A stretch of 64,000 nt of DNA from Callorhinchus milii (taxonomy: Eukaryota): contig NW_024704742.1 in the NCBI RefSeq assembly GCF_018977255.1, positions 111,292,001 through 111,356,000 on the forward strand, written 5' to 3'. Both the position numbers and the translations under genes were made by a program. Shown here piece after piece: positions 24,227 to 37,057 of this stretch; the first letter of the stretch is position 1, and each line of letters begins with the position of its first letter. The notes beneath the pieces are model-generated. The model was given only the letters and a program-made list of their open reading frames with translations. It was not told the origin of the DNA and did no database searches.

Positions 24227-27200
24227 CAGAAATTGAAATGATAAAAAAAGGAAGAATATTTTTTATTTAATATGTAAGAAAACGACAGCAGTCGAAACAA
24301 AACAAAACAGTATTTCAAAAGGCCTTCCTAAAAAATAAGTGATAACTATTACTAGTCAAGATATCATGGGGTGCCTCATTTGATGTGTAGAAATAGAAAA
24401 TGTTTTCATGCTCAATCATTGAGATCGGTTGATGAAGCATTTTCTTTACACTTATGTTTATGTATTCAGCTTGCAAGCTTAATTACATTCAAATGCAAAT
24501 CCCGTCTGCTGCTGCTAGATATAACATGACAGAAACAAAGATCGTAGAGCTGTTGCCATATGGTGTGCATTAGATATCAAATGCAGTGCCTTACTATGCA
24601 AATTGCAACTGGCCAGCAACACAAAATACTGTATGAGAATATAATATCATCCTTACATTTGATTTCATATGGATTTTATGCCCTGAATATTGCAACTACT
24701 ACATAGCATATTCTATATAAATCAACAAAAGAAAATGCATGATGCTTTTATTAGGAGTAAAAGGTATTTTTAAAAGCTGTCTAAATAGTTACCATTATAT
24801 CTCTACTTAGACATGATTTAGAATTTTCACAATAAGAGCCATAGGTTTCCATTAAATTATTCAGTTTGTTTAAATAATAAAATATAAAAAATGAGCACTG
24901 CTCATTTCAAACCGTGAACATTGATATTTACAAACTATCAAAACTATTAACTGAAATAGATGTTTTATTATATAAAATCAGCACTTTTTTATTAATTATT
25001 TTCCACTGGCATAATTTCTGGTAATGTTATTTCTGTATTTAAGATTAATCTTTTCATTGAATGAAAAGAAGCAAAGCAATTGTCTCGCTTTGTACAATAA
25101 TTTAAAAGTGGTTCCCAACTTTTAAAATGTTCTGTAAAATGAAACTCCTCTGGAACTGCATACTTTGATTGTTATTAAATTTAAAAACTGATCTCAAGAT
25201 GAAACCCTCAAAATACTGTATGCATAGATATCCTTTTTTGGGAAATAAACCTTTCAAAGGAAATTTTTAAATGGAAGATTAGATATGACATTAGTATTGA
25301 ATTCAGTGTGTTATTTTTACTACCCTATTTAAAGAAATCTCATATGTAGATCATTTTTGTTTTGTTTTTCAACCATACACCATCACATTGTAATATTCTC
25401 TACATTAATTTTTCAATTACAAACTATTCAAACATTTGTTTCCTATTAGTTTTTCTACTTTTCCCACATCTGGAGCACCATCCTTAGTCCTTTCCCATAC
25501 CTGTCCCCAAAATAAAGAGCGTGGCTGGTTCATATTACTTCCATTTGCATGGTTTTCAAAAGTATTAACACTGCAAGATGTACAGCAGTGCTTTTTCTCT
25601 CATCTACTTGGTCTGAAATTGCTGACATTCCTTGTTACTGCTGCCCCAAAGAATGAAGGAAGTATTGTTATCATTGTTTCTTCCCTTTCTGTCTAGCCTG
25701 TCTGTCAACGCAACAACTTTAGAAACCCTTGGTGGATTTCAGCAAAACAGTACATGGGAGTTCAGAAAACTGTCTTTGTTGATTTTATGAGGTCTTCCCA
25801 CTGCATAGTATAATTTCAAGAATGGTTATATACTAGGGTTTATTATTTTAAACTTCCAAATGACGAGATTTTCAAACCACACTTCAGAGTGGGGGCTCGA
25901 ATTATAAATACATCCCTCAAGCTTTTTTTGGTTAGTTTACTACAATTAAAACTTCCTATTCTCTCACTATTATCCTCATGATATGTAGAACAATGTAATA
26001 CCTGAAGAATGTCTTGACAAATTTCTAGCAAAACTTGATACATAGGATGCAGATGAAACATGTTGGCAAACCAGCACGACTTCCATTTCTGAATCTGTCT
26101 GTGTGGCACTCTACAATGTACCAAAAGAAAACTATACTTGATGTCTTTATAGACATATAGATTTTGTAATACATGTTCAAGTTGATCCTAACAAAGGAAT
26201 GTTTGCTGATCACTGAAAATCATTGTGTACTGGCTGTCTTTTTATTTCACTCAATTTGCCTGAAGTCATTGAATAACCATAACATTGCTATTGACCTTTG
26301 TTTTTAAATAATAATAATAGTCCTTGCATTTGATATAATGTCTTATCACATCTTCGAGACGTCTCAAACCCTTTGATGAGAGCAAAATTACTAGTCTCCT
26401 AGTCTATTTAATCTACTCCAATTCATTTTACTCATACATCACAAACAATATACATTTAAATTAAGCCTTTCATGTTGGGAGAATGTCTCAAAGTGCTTGA
26501 GATACTGCTGTCAGGGCACTTGGGATAGGGGTGGGAGCCAAATGGAGTGGGGAGTGGAAAGATGACTGTGGTTCAGAGGTATGTTTTGAAATGGGCCTTG
26601 AACTATTTAAAGCTACGAGAGCAGCAGAAAACTCAATGTAACGAGCACCAAACCGCAGGTCACTTCACATGAGAAAAGCGAGTGTAAATATTGGCTGGGT
26701 AAGGGGATGATGCAAACGTGTCAACCGTCCTGGTTCATGACATTGATTGGCTCAAGAAGAAAATAAAAATCAGCTCTTTTAGACAATCACAGGTTAAAGG
26801 TTTCAATGTTCCTCCCACCTCCAGAAAGGAACATGAGATCCAGGAAAAGAGGCAGATAAATGCATTGTATTTGAAAGTTTTTTTTAAATGTTAAAATAAA
26901 ATGAGGTACATGAGACGGAATAAAGAAATAAAACTGAATAATACATAAGACAACTTCCCCTTACATAGTGCTCACAGGATAGTGTCTCAGAGCTATCGAA
27001 GCAACAACAACAACAACTTTCATTTTGCGGCCTTTATGTAGGGTTGCATCCCAGAGAGCTTGACAGTGATGGAGTCTGACACCGAGCCAGGGCATGAGGT
27101 TGGGGGGAGGTAACCAAAAGGGAAGGTCTTTAGGTGGGATTTGAATGTGGGGAGGGAGCAAAGCAGAGAAATTGAGGGAGAGGGTTCTAGAAGCATTGAA

Positions 27201-27498
27201 AATAGGGCAAGTGTCACGCTTAAAAATGTGTTTATTTTAATTGTAAAGCATGAATGTTACAACAAAATCAGCAAGTGATAAAGGTTCGAAGGTGCAATCT
27301 GTGAGCAAACATACACTTTTAAGTGTCAAGACATCGCAAAGACCCGAATGTTTCATACTCTGATTTCTACAGTATTTGACTTGCTCAACAACACTCTAGG
27401 GATGACCATTGGTAATCCAATGCTATTGATTTTTACTCTTCTTGCTACTTATCTACTCACTATAGAAACTGTTCATATCTGTCCTATGATTTTGTTGA

Positions 27499-27880
27499 AT
27501 CAACAACAACAACAACAACAAAATTACATGTATATAGCGCCTTTTACATCAGGAGGACGTCCCGAGGTGCTAGACCGACAGTTACGGTCGGGGTGGGGGA
27601 GGGGGGAGGGCAGGGGGGAAAGCAGGGAAATTGAAAGCACGGTCGAAGAGGAGGGTCTTGAGATGGCGAACGAGGGGACGAGATGGAGGGACTGCGGGAT
27701 GGCGTTCCAGAGGGTGGGCACAGAGTGGCGGAAAACTCGTCCGCTGTTGGTGGGGCGAGTAAGGCAAGGGACGTGAAACAGGCCAGAGCCAGCTGAGCGG
27801 AGGGAGCGAACAGGATGGTAGAGGGTTAGGACATCGGAGAGGTAGGGGGGACCAAGACCATGGAGGGCTTTGAAGGTGAT
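27499..27880 (-). mobile_element. L2 3' fragment
   Basis: TFKALHGLGPPYL...PTLWNAIP; (AAC)n tail. A shorter copy lies at about 27000-27200. Confidence 0.9.
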
Positions 27881-30800
27881 CAATGCTAAACATGCAGTAT
27901 AAATAAGGTTTGAAACACATTGGTATTATTCAAGCTCCTAAAAGCTTCCACTGCAAAGTTTTTGCTCAGCCAACTGGACTGAACTTAAGCTATTTATGTT
28001 ATGAAAGTGACGTTCACATTCCTGGCTCTTTAATATGGTAACATTAAAAAATGGTGTTCGAGCAGCAATTCAAAATGAGGTTTACTGCTCCAAATCACTC
28101 TGGAATCAATGATAATATGTTCCAACAGCCCAGATAAGACATACAAAGAGATCTAGAACTTGTTTTTATACAATATGAGTTGGTACACTGAAAATGAAAT
28201 AACAGCAGGTGTTTCAAAAACACTTATGCTTGCATCACTTTGTAAGAATATGAAGAAAAATGAGCAGATGTTGCTGTAGGTCCATTTCACCGATAAAATT
28301 TAGCTAATTGAAAGCAGATACTGTAGTTTGTTTCAAAACTCATGAAAGAAACAGACCTACCTGATTTGAACCAGTTCATCTCCATTTGGCAATTTCCTAT
28401 TGTTTGCGTCGCTGCTTTTTCACGTTTGTCGTTCAAATGATAATATATCACAATTATCCATCATATTGTTTCTGTAACCCTTATGAAAAGAACTGTATTC
28501 ATATTAACAGACAAAAGCAATATTCAGAAATAATAAGCAGAGTCTAGTGCCATCCCAAAAGAATCCGCCTGACCTGAACAAGGGGTAAATGGAATGGTAA
28601 TGAATACAAAGGATTCATTTGTGTGAATACTTGGAGATTATTTGCACAACCTAAAACAAACACCTTGAAATTCTTTCTCACTTTCAATGAAAAAGGCTTG
28701 TTTTTATTCAATGGCCTGTGCTCATTGCTTATTTTGTCTTATTTTAAGCTTTGGTACTCTATCCCCCAATCCCTCCGCCTTGCTCCCTTCTTCCCCTCCT
28801 TTAGATCACGACTGAAGACCTTCCTCTTTGACTGTGCTTACAGTCACCTCCTCCCTCCCCCGGCTCAGAGTCAGGATCCACCACTGTTAAGCACTCGGAG
28901 GCACTGCCCTGCATGAAGGTTGCCATATAAGTGCAAGTAGTTGTTGTTAAGTAATGCATAAATTATATTAATAGTCTGCAACTATTTGTAGTTTGTTTAA
29001 TCTAATCTTATTTATAAATATTTCCTGCTGATTTTCACCCCATTATTAAGATGCAATTTATTTTCCTATTGAATCTTTCTTTACCCATAATCTTATGATC
29101 AGGAATAATATTTAGAATTTTCTATCCCCTTCTTTAACAATCAAGTTTGCTTGTAATGGACAGCTAGTGTATCAGAACATAAGAAAGCATGGAACAAGTG
29201 AAGATTTTGCAATCAAGCCAGCTCTCTCCATAGTATATGCATAAAATAACATGGACTCCACCCTCCCCATTTTCTCTGGGAATGCTCCATGTAGAGGCAT
29301 TCTGAACCCTAAAACAAGTGAATTTAGGAGTGAAATCAGGAGGCAGTTTTTCACTCAAAGTATAGCGGAAATCTGGAACTCTCTCCCCAAAAGGCTGTGG
29401 ATGTTGGATCCATTCACATTTTCAAGACTGAAGTGGATAGATATTTGTTAGGTCAGGGTACTAAGGAATATGGGGCAAGCGCGGGAATTGACCCTTCACT
29501 TTCTACGACAAAACCTACTTCAGGATTTTGCTTCTTATTTTTAACACAAACTGCAGTAAACTTAAGCCCAGGGTAACCTAACCAAGAGGCATCACTAAAA
29601 ACAGTGAGTCCAAATTTCTTCTCTTCCCATCTCAGCCCCTGTGACAATGCTCAACTTAAATTGTATCAAAATGAGTCACAATACCCGGAACCCATTGCGC
29701 ACAGTAACATTTACATCTATAATAAAGCGAAAATAAATTAACTAATCATTCCAATGTTTCTGTTAAGGTGGATACTATGCTTATTTAGTTGAATCTGTTT
29801 TTTATGCAAAACTGTCAGATTTAAATTTTCTCCAGTCCCAATTTTCTTTTGTAATAAATATATGCAGTAAATTTTCCTTTGCAGCTCTTTTATGTACAAC
29901 ATCTTTTATTTGCCAAAACCTATAAAGGAGCTTCACTATAACAGGGTAATATTAATAAATCATTTAATTACTTTCGCTTGAAATATTTTTGTTCTCAATA
30001 TTCATTCTATTTCTTCTTGGTATCAATTTGATTTAAACTACTTTGAAACATACAATAAATCCTATTGAGATCAACTTTGGAAATCCAAAGCAGTCGTTGT
30101 ATTATTTTATTGTTGCTAGAACTACTTAAGTAATTAGTCATTTGTGAACAATCTGTGTTATTTTACCATTTTTACTGTAACAATGGCGGTACTTATCTCA
30201 AATCATCTGACATTATATTTCAGGCAGTAAGGATTAAAATAACACGCTAGAATTTATTGCAGCTGGAACATAATAAGTTAAGACACATTAAGCATGGGCT
30301 TTGTCTTTTCATGCTTCCCATTGAAATTCCTTTCAGATGCACCAGACAGCCATTGCCATTTTTTTAGTTGATCAATATACCATGTGGTGGAACAGGGGAA
30401 GTATAGCTTCTGTATTAAAAAGAATCACAATAGCAGATGGTGGTGAGTAGTAGTGTTTTTGCACAACTCCGTTGTAAAATAGACATGCTGAAAGTTCCCA
30501 GAACCAAGTGACATTGTTAACACCAAAAGGAATATTACAAAAATCTGTAAACATTTGTGTATAGTGTTAACATTTTGAGCATTACACAAGCTCCAAATTT
30601 AAAATATTGCACAGCTTCTGTTTCATTTTGGCAGGGACCTTTTTTGTTCAATAGATGAGGGCTATTTGGGGTAGAGAATGGAAACATTTTTAGAGATGTT
30701 GATACTGATGTCAAACACCATGTACAGTGCATATTTGAAACTTGATAAGTTTATCGACAATGTTCCAAGTAGCAGCTAATCTCCAAGTTCAGAACTGCAC

Positions 30801-31014
30801 CCCCTTGTGTACAATGATAATATAACAACAGTTTCACCCAGGATTGGTTCATCTAACCAAGCCTATCCATCCAATTTGCCCCATTTTATCTGAATTGAAT
30901 AACCCTTAATCCTTTTAGTTGACAGGCACCTATATGAAACCCATAGTTTCTTATTCCACCACCTGTGGGATAGTCTGTTTAACATATTTATTATCTTTTA
31001 TTGATTCTATTTAC

Positions 31015-31705
31015 TACAATACAATACAAAATTACATTTGTAAACATGTTTCATGTCGCCAGGACGTCCCAAGGTGCTGAACAGTGAGGGATCAGGACCT
31101 GAACAGGGGGTGGGAGTGTTGGGATCAGGGACATGGAGCAGGCCAGAGCCTTATGAGCGGAGGGAGAGGACAGGTTGATAAGGGGTTAGCAGGTTCGAGA
31201 GGTAGGATGAGGCAACTCCATGGAGGGCCTTGAAGGTGAGGATGATAATTTTGAACTCGATCCTCTGAAGGATGGGGAGCCAGTGGAGCTGGGCGAGGGT
31301 GGGAGTGATGGGGTCATGGAGCCTGGTGCAGAGTTGCAGAACTGCAGAGTTGCAGAGCTCCAGAGTTCTGGATGATCTGCAACTTGTGGAGGGAAACGTT
31401 GGGAAGGCCGACAAGCAGGGCATTGGCACAGTCGAGCCTGGTTGTAATGAAGGCATGTATGAAGGTTTCGGCGGCTGACGGGTGAAGCAGTGGTGGAGTT
31501 GGGCAATGTTGCGGGGGTGGGGGAAGGCAGAGCGGGTCATAGCACGGATGTGGGGGAGAAAGGACAGTTGAGGTTCTAACAAGATGCCTAGGTTCCTGAC
31601 TGGCTTGGTGAAGTGGAGTGTGCATCCTTGGATGCTAAAACGGCCAGTGCCTGAGGTGCGGAGGTGCTGGCGTGAGCCAATCAGGAGAACCTTGGTCTTG
31701 CTGAC
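31015..31705 (-). mobile_element. L2-clade LINE 3' fragment
   Basis: RNLGILLEPQLSF, AFITTRLDCANALL, LHWLPILQRIEFKI motifs. Confidence 0.9.
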
Positions 31706-33436
31706 GTTATTTCTGCCATTTTGTAAATTCATGGCAGATCTTTTAATCTCATTTCACCTCCTTTTCACATATCCCTTAATAGCCTTATTTACAATGTATC
31801 TCCCTTTTAAACATCCCAATTGATTCTGCATCAACAGCTTTATGAGGGCTGTGTAATCCACATTCTCTCAATCTTTAGGTGATTTAGGAATATTATTATA
31901 AGAAACAGCTGCAGTTATTAGGTATTGTGGGGACTGACTATATGTGGGTTAAGATTTATTTTGTGAGAGAAAATAAAGGAAAACCACAAAAAAAGCCTTA
32001 ATTGGATAAAATATTTTATTGAAATGATTTGGGGGCTTTATTACTTGCTGTCAGCACAGCCCTGCTTAATCTTTTGTTTTATTCTTATGCTTAATACACA
32101 TACGTCAGTGAACAAAATCCGTGCTTCAAATGCACCTCATTACTCAAGCCCACCACACTAAATTATACTTAGAACACCTACACATGTACAAAACATTCCT
32201 TTTTAGTTCTGGATTTAAAAAGCACAGTGGGAGGCATAAGGTAATTTTTTTCTTTTTGCACATTTTGTTCAAAGTCCTACCCAACTGATTTTATATCCAG
32301 CAACCTACAATGCCCACTTCAAAAGGGATGACTCAGCCTTGTTCTCTCATTGCATTAATGAGGTACTTCAGCATCTATGGTAGCTCTCCCATGTTCAGTT
32401 TCTCAGGCTTCTGAAGTACCTCAGTACTAATTATAAAGAAAGCTACGTTCAGTTAACATTAGTAGAATTGAAAAGGATTTTTGCATAGCCTTTTCCTAAA
32501 CACATAGAGTATTTCATGTCTTGTTTTATTCCAACTATTATATAACTCAAGCATTTTCTTAGTTTTACTGGAACGGTGAAAAGTAAAGCAGATCTGCACT
32601 AATATTTAATTGATTCTAGTGGAATCAAACCTATTGTCAAATGCTATTATGTTGGGGTATTTTGGTGGAAATACAATGTAGCTGCAGCATTGTTTTGGCA
32701 TTTTCTACCTAAGTTTCCATCATTAGGTACAGAATTGTACAGTGGCAATTGCCAACTCCTTCAACTATTGACAGGAATCCCAAAGGATGAAGCACAATGT
32801 CATTTCTGAGAATGACACAGATTTCCAGTTTTGCACCATATCAATTTAACTCAATTCTCAAATGATTGCCCTATGCAAAATAACTGAAGTTATTTTATAT
32901 GCAGATTTTTTATATATTGTATATAAAGATTGCATTTTTTTTTCATTTCCCCTTTATATTTCAGTATTCACCAATTCCATTTTTAATTCCTGCTCCCCAG
33001 CCTGCAATTTTCCAGGTCAAAAGGGATGTCTCACTTCAATGTATTTCCTCTGCTTACTTGTGCTTCAGTGCCTCCCAGTACTACTCAAAATGACAGTATT
33101 GTCCTGTGGGTCCTTTTTTTTAGATTAAAAACATAAAGATAGTTCGGGCAAACTAATTTTGAAAATTTTAATTTAAAATGGTAAAATTTTCGCTGTGTCT
33201 ACCTTCTAGACTGTACGTTAATGCAGTACAAATAATGAATTTGGCAGAGGAGGCAATCACTGACCACCTTCTCAACGATTATATAATAAAAACATGCACT
33301 GACAAGAGTTTTGAATCCAATGCAGGTTTTATAGAGTTATACAAACTATCCTACATTTTCTAGAATTATGCCAAAGAGTGCATAATAATTTCTATGTAGA
33401 CCCATGCACACATAAATGATTGTCTATTGCATTATC

Positions 33437-33586
33437 TTCCCTCTTTTCACATGTACGCCAATATAAATCCAGAGCGCTGCTCACAAATACTTCAAAGGAT
33501 ACTTAGAGTGCTGCGTATATGTATGTCAATGCATACTGAGAGCTCTACTCATGTGTACTTTAATGCATTCACAGAGCTCCACTCAT
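33437..33586. repeat. Degenerate 34-bp tandem array
   Basis: AGAG(c/t)(g/t)c motif starts at 33471, 33505, 33539 and 33573. Confidence 0.75.
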
Positions 33587-36500
33587 TGGCCGCCAAGTGT
33601 CAATAAATGAATAAACGATATAGAAGAGTTGACTATCCCATGGGCTCTTTGCCAGTTGTTAACATTAAAAGCATAGCAGTAGTTGGGCCACATGAAAAAA
33701 TTCTAAATTTTAAAGATAAGTATCAAAACATTGCCTGTGTATTGGTTGAAGTTATTCCGCAGCCACTATGAAGCTGAACTGTGCAAAACTGTCTTCCAAA
33801 TGCCACATCCAAACTGATGTTCATTTCAGGGATATCGTGCTGCATATTGCTGCTAAACAAAAATCACTTTGTAATGATGCAGTATGTACTGCCTAGGAAT
33901 ATCCACATTCATAATATAGGTTACACTGCATACTTTAAACTATGCAAATTATATTGTTTGATGCCATTGATACTTTGAAGACTAGAATAGTATTTCTGTA
34001 CCAGTATAAAAATGTCCCATTTCCTTTGTTGGTTGGATGAATGCCACTAATACAAATGAATATGTGCTTGAATTACAGCCATTGTTTTATCGTAAATGAT
34101 ACAATTTTGCCCTAACGAATTACCAAAATAGTTTTAGGAGACGTGTGATATTTATCCAGACTTTTTGCATATGACATTTCTAACACTGTAGCAATAAGGA
34201 ATGAGAACACGAACTGTGGAGCAGAGAGAAATTCTGAACACAAAGAGCAGAAACTAAAATCAGACAGCTTTTAGGGCTGCAGATGTTACTGGAGAAACTC
34301 TTGGGCGGTAAAGAAAATCTTGAACCAGACAGTATTTGCTGAATGTTGTTTGACAATCCCATCTTCAAAGCATGTAGCAATATAGAAGACACAAAAAGCG
34401 ACAAAGATTTACTGGATAAAACCTTCATTACCAAGGACTTTTCTCTGACAACATCTACCTTGTGTGTGGCTTCTTTGTTTGAGCTTTCTTTCCTAACTTT
34501 ACACTAACAAGCAAACCCACTATTTACTACACTTTAAATGCTGCATGGTTTTGAAAGATACACTTAGATGCAGTGCTTAAGCTTTAAACATATTGTTTAA
34601 ACATCAGCTGTTACAAGCCAGATACATTTTAAACATGATACAGTCTTAAAGTGAGGGAAGTAAACTATCATTCAAATCAAACCACCACTGATGTCAGAGA
34701 GTTATTGTTTTGTTTCAAAGTTTTCAAACACACATTATTAAATACAATAACTTGTACTGATTAAAATATAAACAGTGTTTAAATACCTCTTTCAGCTAAT
34801 TGTAGTAGTAATCCAAAGAAACTCATTATAGTTAAAATCCATGTAAGACCAGTCGATGCAGAATTTCTTAAGTTGTTCCTAAATTCCCCTCACCATGTGT
34901 GGTGGTTCCCTATGGATTGTTATTTTACTTCAATAGCAGGGAAGGAAGCAGACAAAGCACAGTATCCACTGTGAATATCAAAAAGTAACCATGGAAGCAT
35001 TTGTCCAGTTGTCAAAGAACCCACTGAATGATGCAGCCATTCATTTCACTGAATCAATATTTAAGCTATCTGAAACATACTATTTTAGATGGAAAATAAA
35101 AACTCCAGGTTCAAAATTATTAAGTCCTTTCCTTCAAAAAACAGATTTAAAAATGCTGGTAAATAAAACTTTTCTCTAACAATGCATTCAAAGCGCTATT
35201 AAATATTCACAACTAATCTGAAGTACAACATGTAAGTTAGATTTTAATTAGATTTCATGCAGAGTTTCAAAATAATCATGTAGAGTATGAAGCAAAAGTA
35301 ACTTTATACTCAAAACAGAATATTATTTTTTTACTCCGTTTTATTCAATTCACGATGACCCTTTGTATGAGAGTGTATGAGTTATTCAATCAGGAAACAC
35401 ATTATGTTGTTGACTATAATTATAACATAATTTGGGATAAAACAGCTGTTAGGCCAAACAATATGGTTGCATATACAGTAATCACATTTGTTTCTAGGAT
35501 TGCTATACTATTTCTGAATTGAGTCAGACACTAAAAAGGACTTGAGAAAAATGTGCTTGCATAGTATCAGAACTTTGCTTATAAGTGGATTTGACTGTGT
35601 CACTTTATATAAACAGAATTTGTAACAAAGCCATAAAAGTCTATTTGCAGGATATAAATGATAACTACATCAGCAGGAATAATTATTCAAGCATATGAAA
35701 AATAATGTAGTAAGAAACCTGTTCTGAATATGAAAACTCAACTACCTTAAACTCATATAAACTGGTTTAAGCAGCTGTTCAATGATGTTGCACCATCTCC
35801 ATTCAACTTAATGCCTCAAGCTGAGTAAAAATTGAGATGCAATTCTTAACAGTTCCCAGAACCTACAGAATGCATTTCATTACATAGAACTGCAATGGAT
35901 GGCTTTGCAAAAACTGTAATAGAAAATTAAGCTGCAAAACTGGAACACAGTGTCTTGTAGAGAACAAGTGTAATGGTACTGTGTGTTCAATCTATTCACG
36001 TCCCCATATTGTTTAGAAATGCTGATCCCCTGGGGTGGGTGGCTCAAAAGGTTCTCCCTGTGTCTCGTCTGTTGTTACACCATTTAAAAAGCAATCAGAT
36101 TAAAACCATCCCATCACGTCTCCATCTCTCTCTGTCTCACTCACCCTGCTAAAGAGCTTCTCATAGAAGAACATCACCTTTTGGCTGTTTTTCTCCCTTT
36201 ATTACAGGCTGTGGGAGCAAAGGTCACTTGCTGCCCACCGCTAAGAAGAGGAAAAGTACTTTTGGTCTGTGCACATTATGGGGTCAAGTTCTGCACTTCC
36301 ACTGCCACTGAATGGTTATGGTCCAAAATGGATTAAGCTCTCCCAAAAACCTCTTAACTGCTTTGAAGATCCATATCCCTAATTGGTGAAAACATCTGTT
36401 TCAAACTGTTGGATATATGAGGGAGAAGAGAATAGAGGGGTAAGGGAAAGGGGATTAAAAGGGGTGTATGTTCATGTGGAGTATAAAAACTGACACGGAT

Positions 36501-36649
36501 TAATTGGGCCAAATTTCCTGTGTCCATATTGTAAAGTCTATGGAATTCTATGTTTTACAGTGGCTGTATATTAGAATCACAGTATAAAAGCTCTGCTTTA
36601 AAAATTTATTCCTCGCATCCAGTTAGATTATTTTTGTGCCCGTGGAGTG

Positions 36650-37057
36650 AGTGACCAATTTTATTTGGAGGATTTGTTGGCCATCAGGAGAAACTCCCAG
36701 CTCTTTTTGAATAGTGCCACGGGATCTTTAACGTCTTGAATAGGTAGACGGGACCTTGGTCTACCATCCCACCCGAAGGGCAGCACCTCCCAGCACTGCA
36801 TTGGATTATCATTTTATACGATTTCAAGTCCCGAAGTGGAGCTTGAATTCACAATCTTATGACTCAGTGATGAGAGTTCTATCACTGAGCCAGACTGAAA
36901 CACAATCCTTTCGTGAAAGTATGAAAGGGAATGCGGGGACACACCCTTGGTGAGGAAATCTTTTAGTGAGGATAACTTGAGGATTATTGTAATTCGCTTT
37001 GAATCACAATTTCCTGACTCAGAGGCAAGAGTGCTATCAACTGAGCCAGGCTGACAC
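36650..37057 (-). mobile_element. Deu-domain SINE plus a second tRNA-like head
   Basis: aatagtgccacgggatctttaacgtc...ctatcactgagcca, and ctgactcagaggcaagagtgctatcaactgagccaggctgacac. Confidence 0.75.

Noticed and set aside
34180..34470. Purine-rich, coding-looking stretch (possible pseudogene)
   Set aside because: All + frames have stops and I recognise no protein family.
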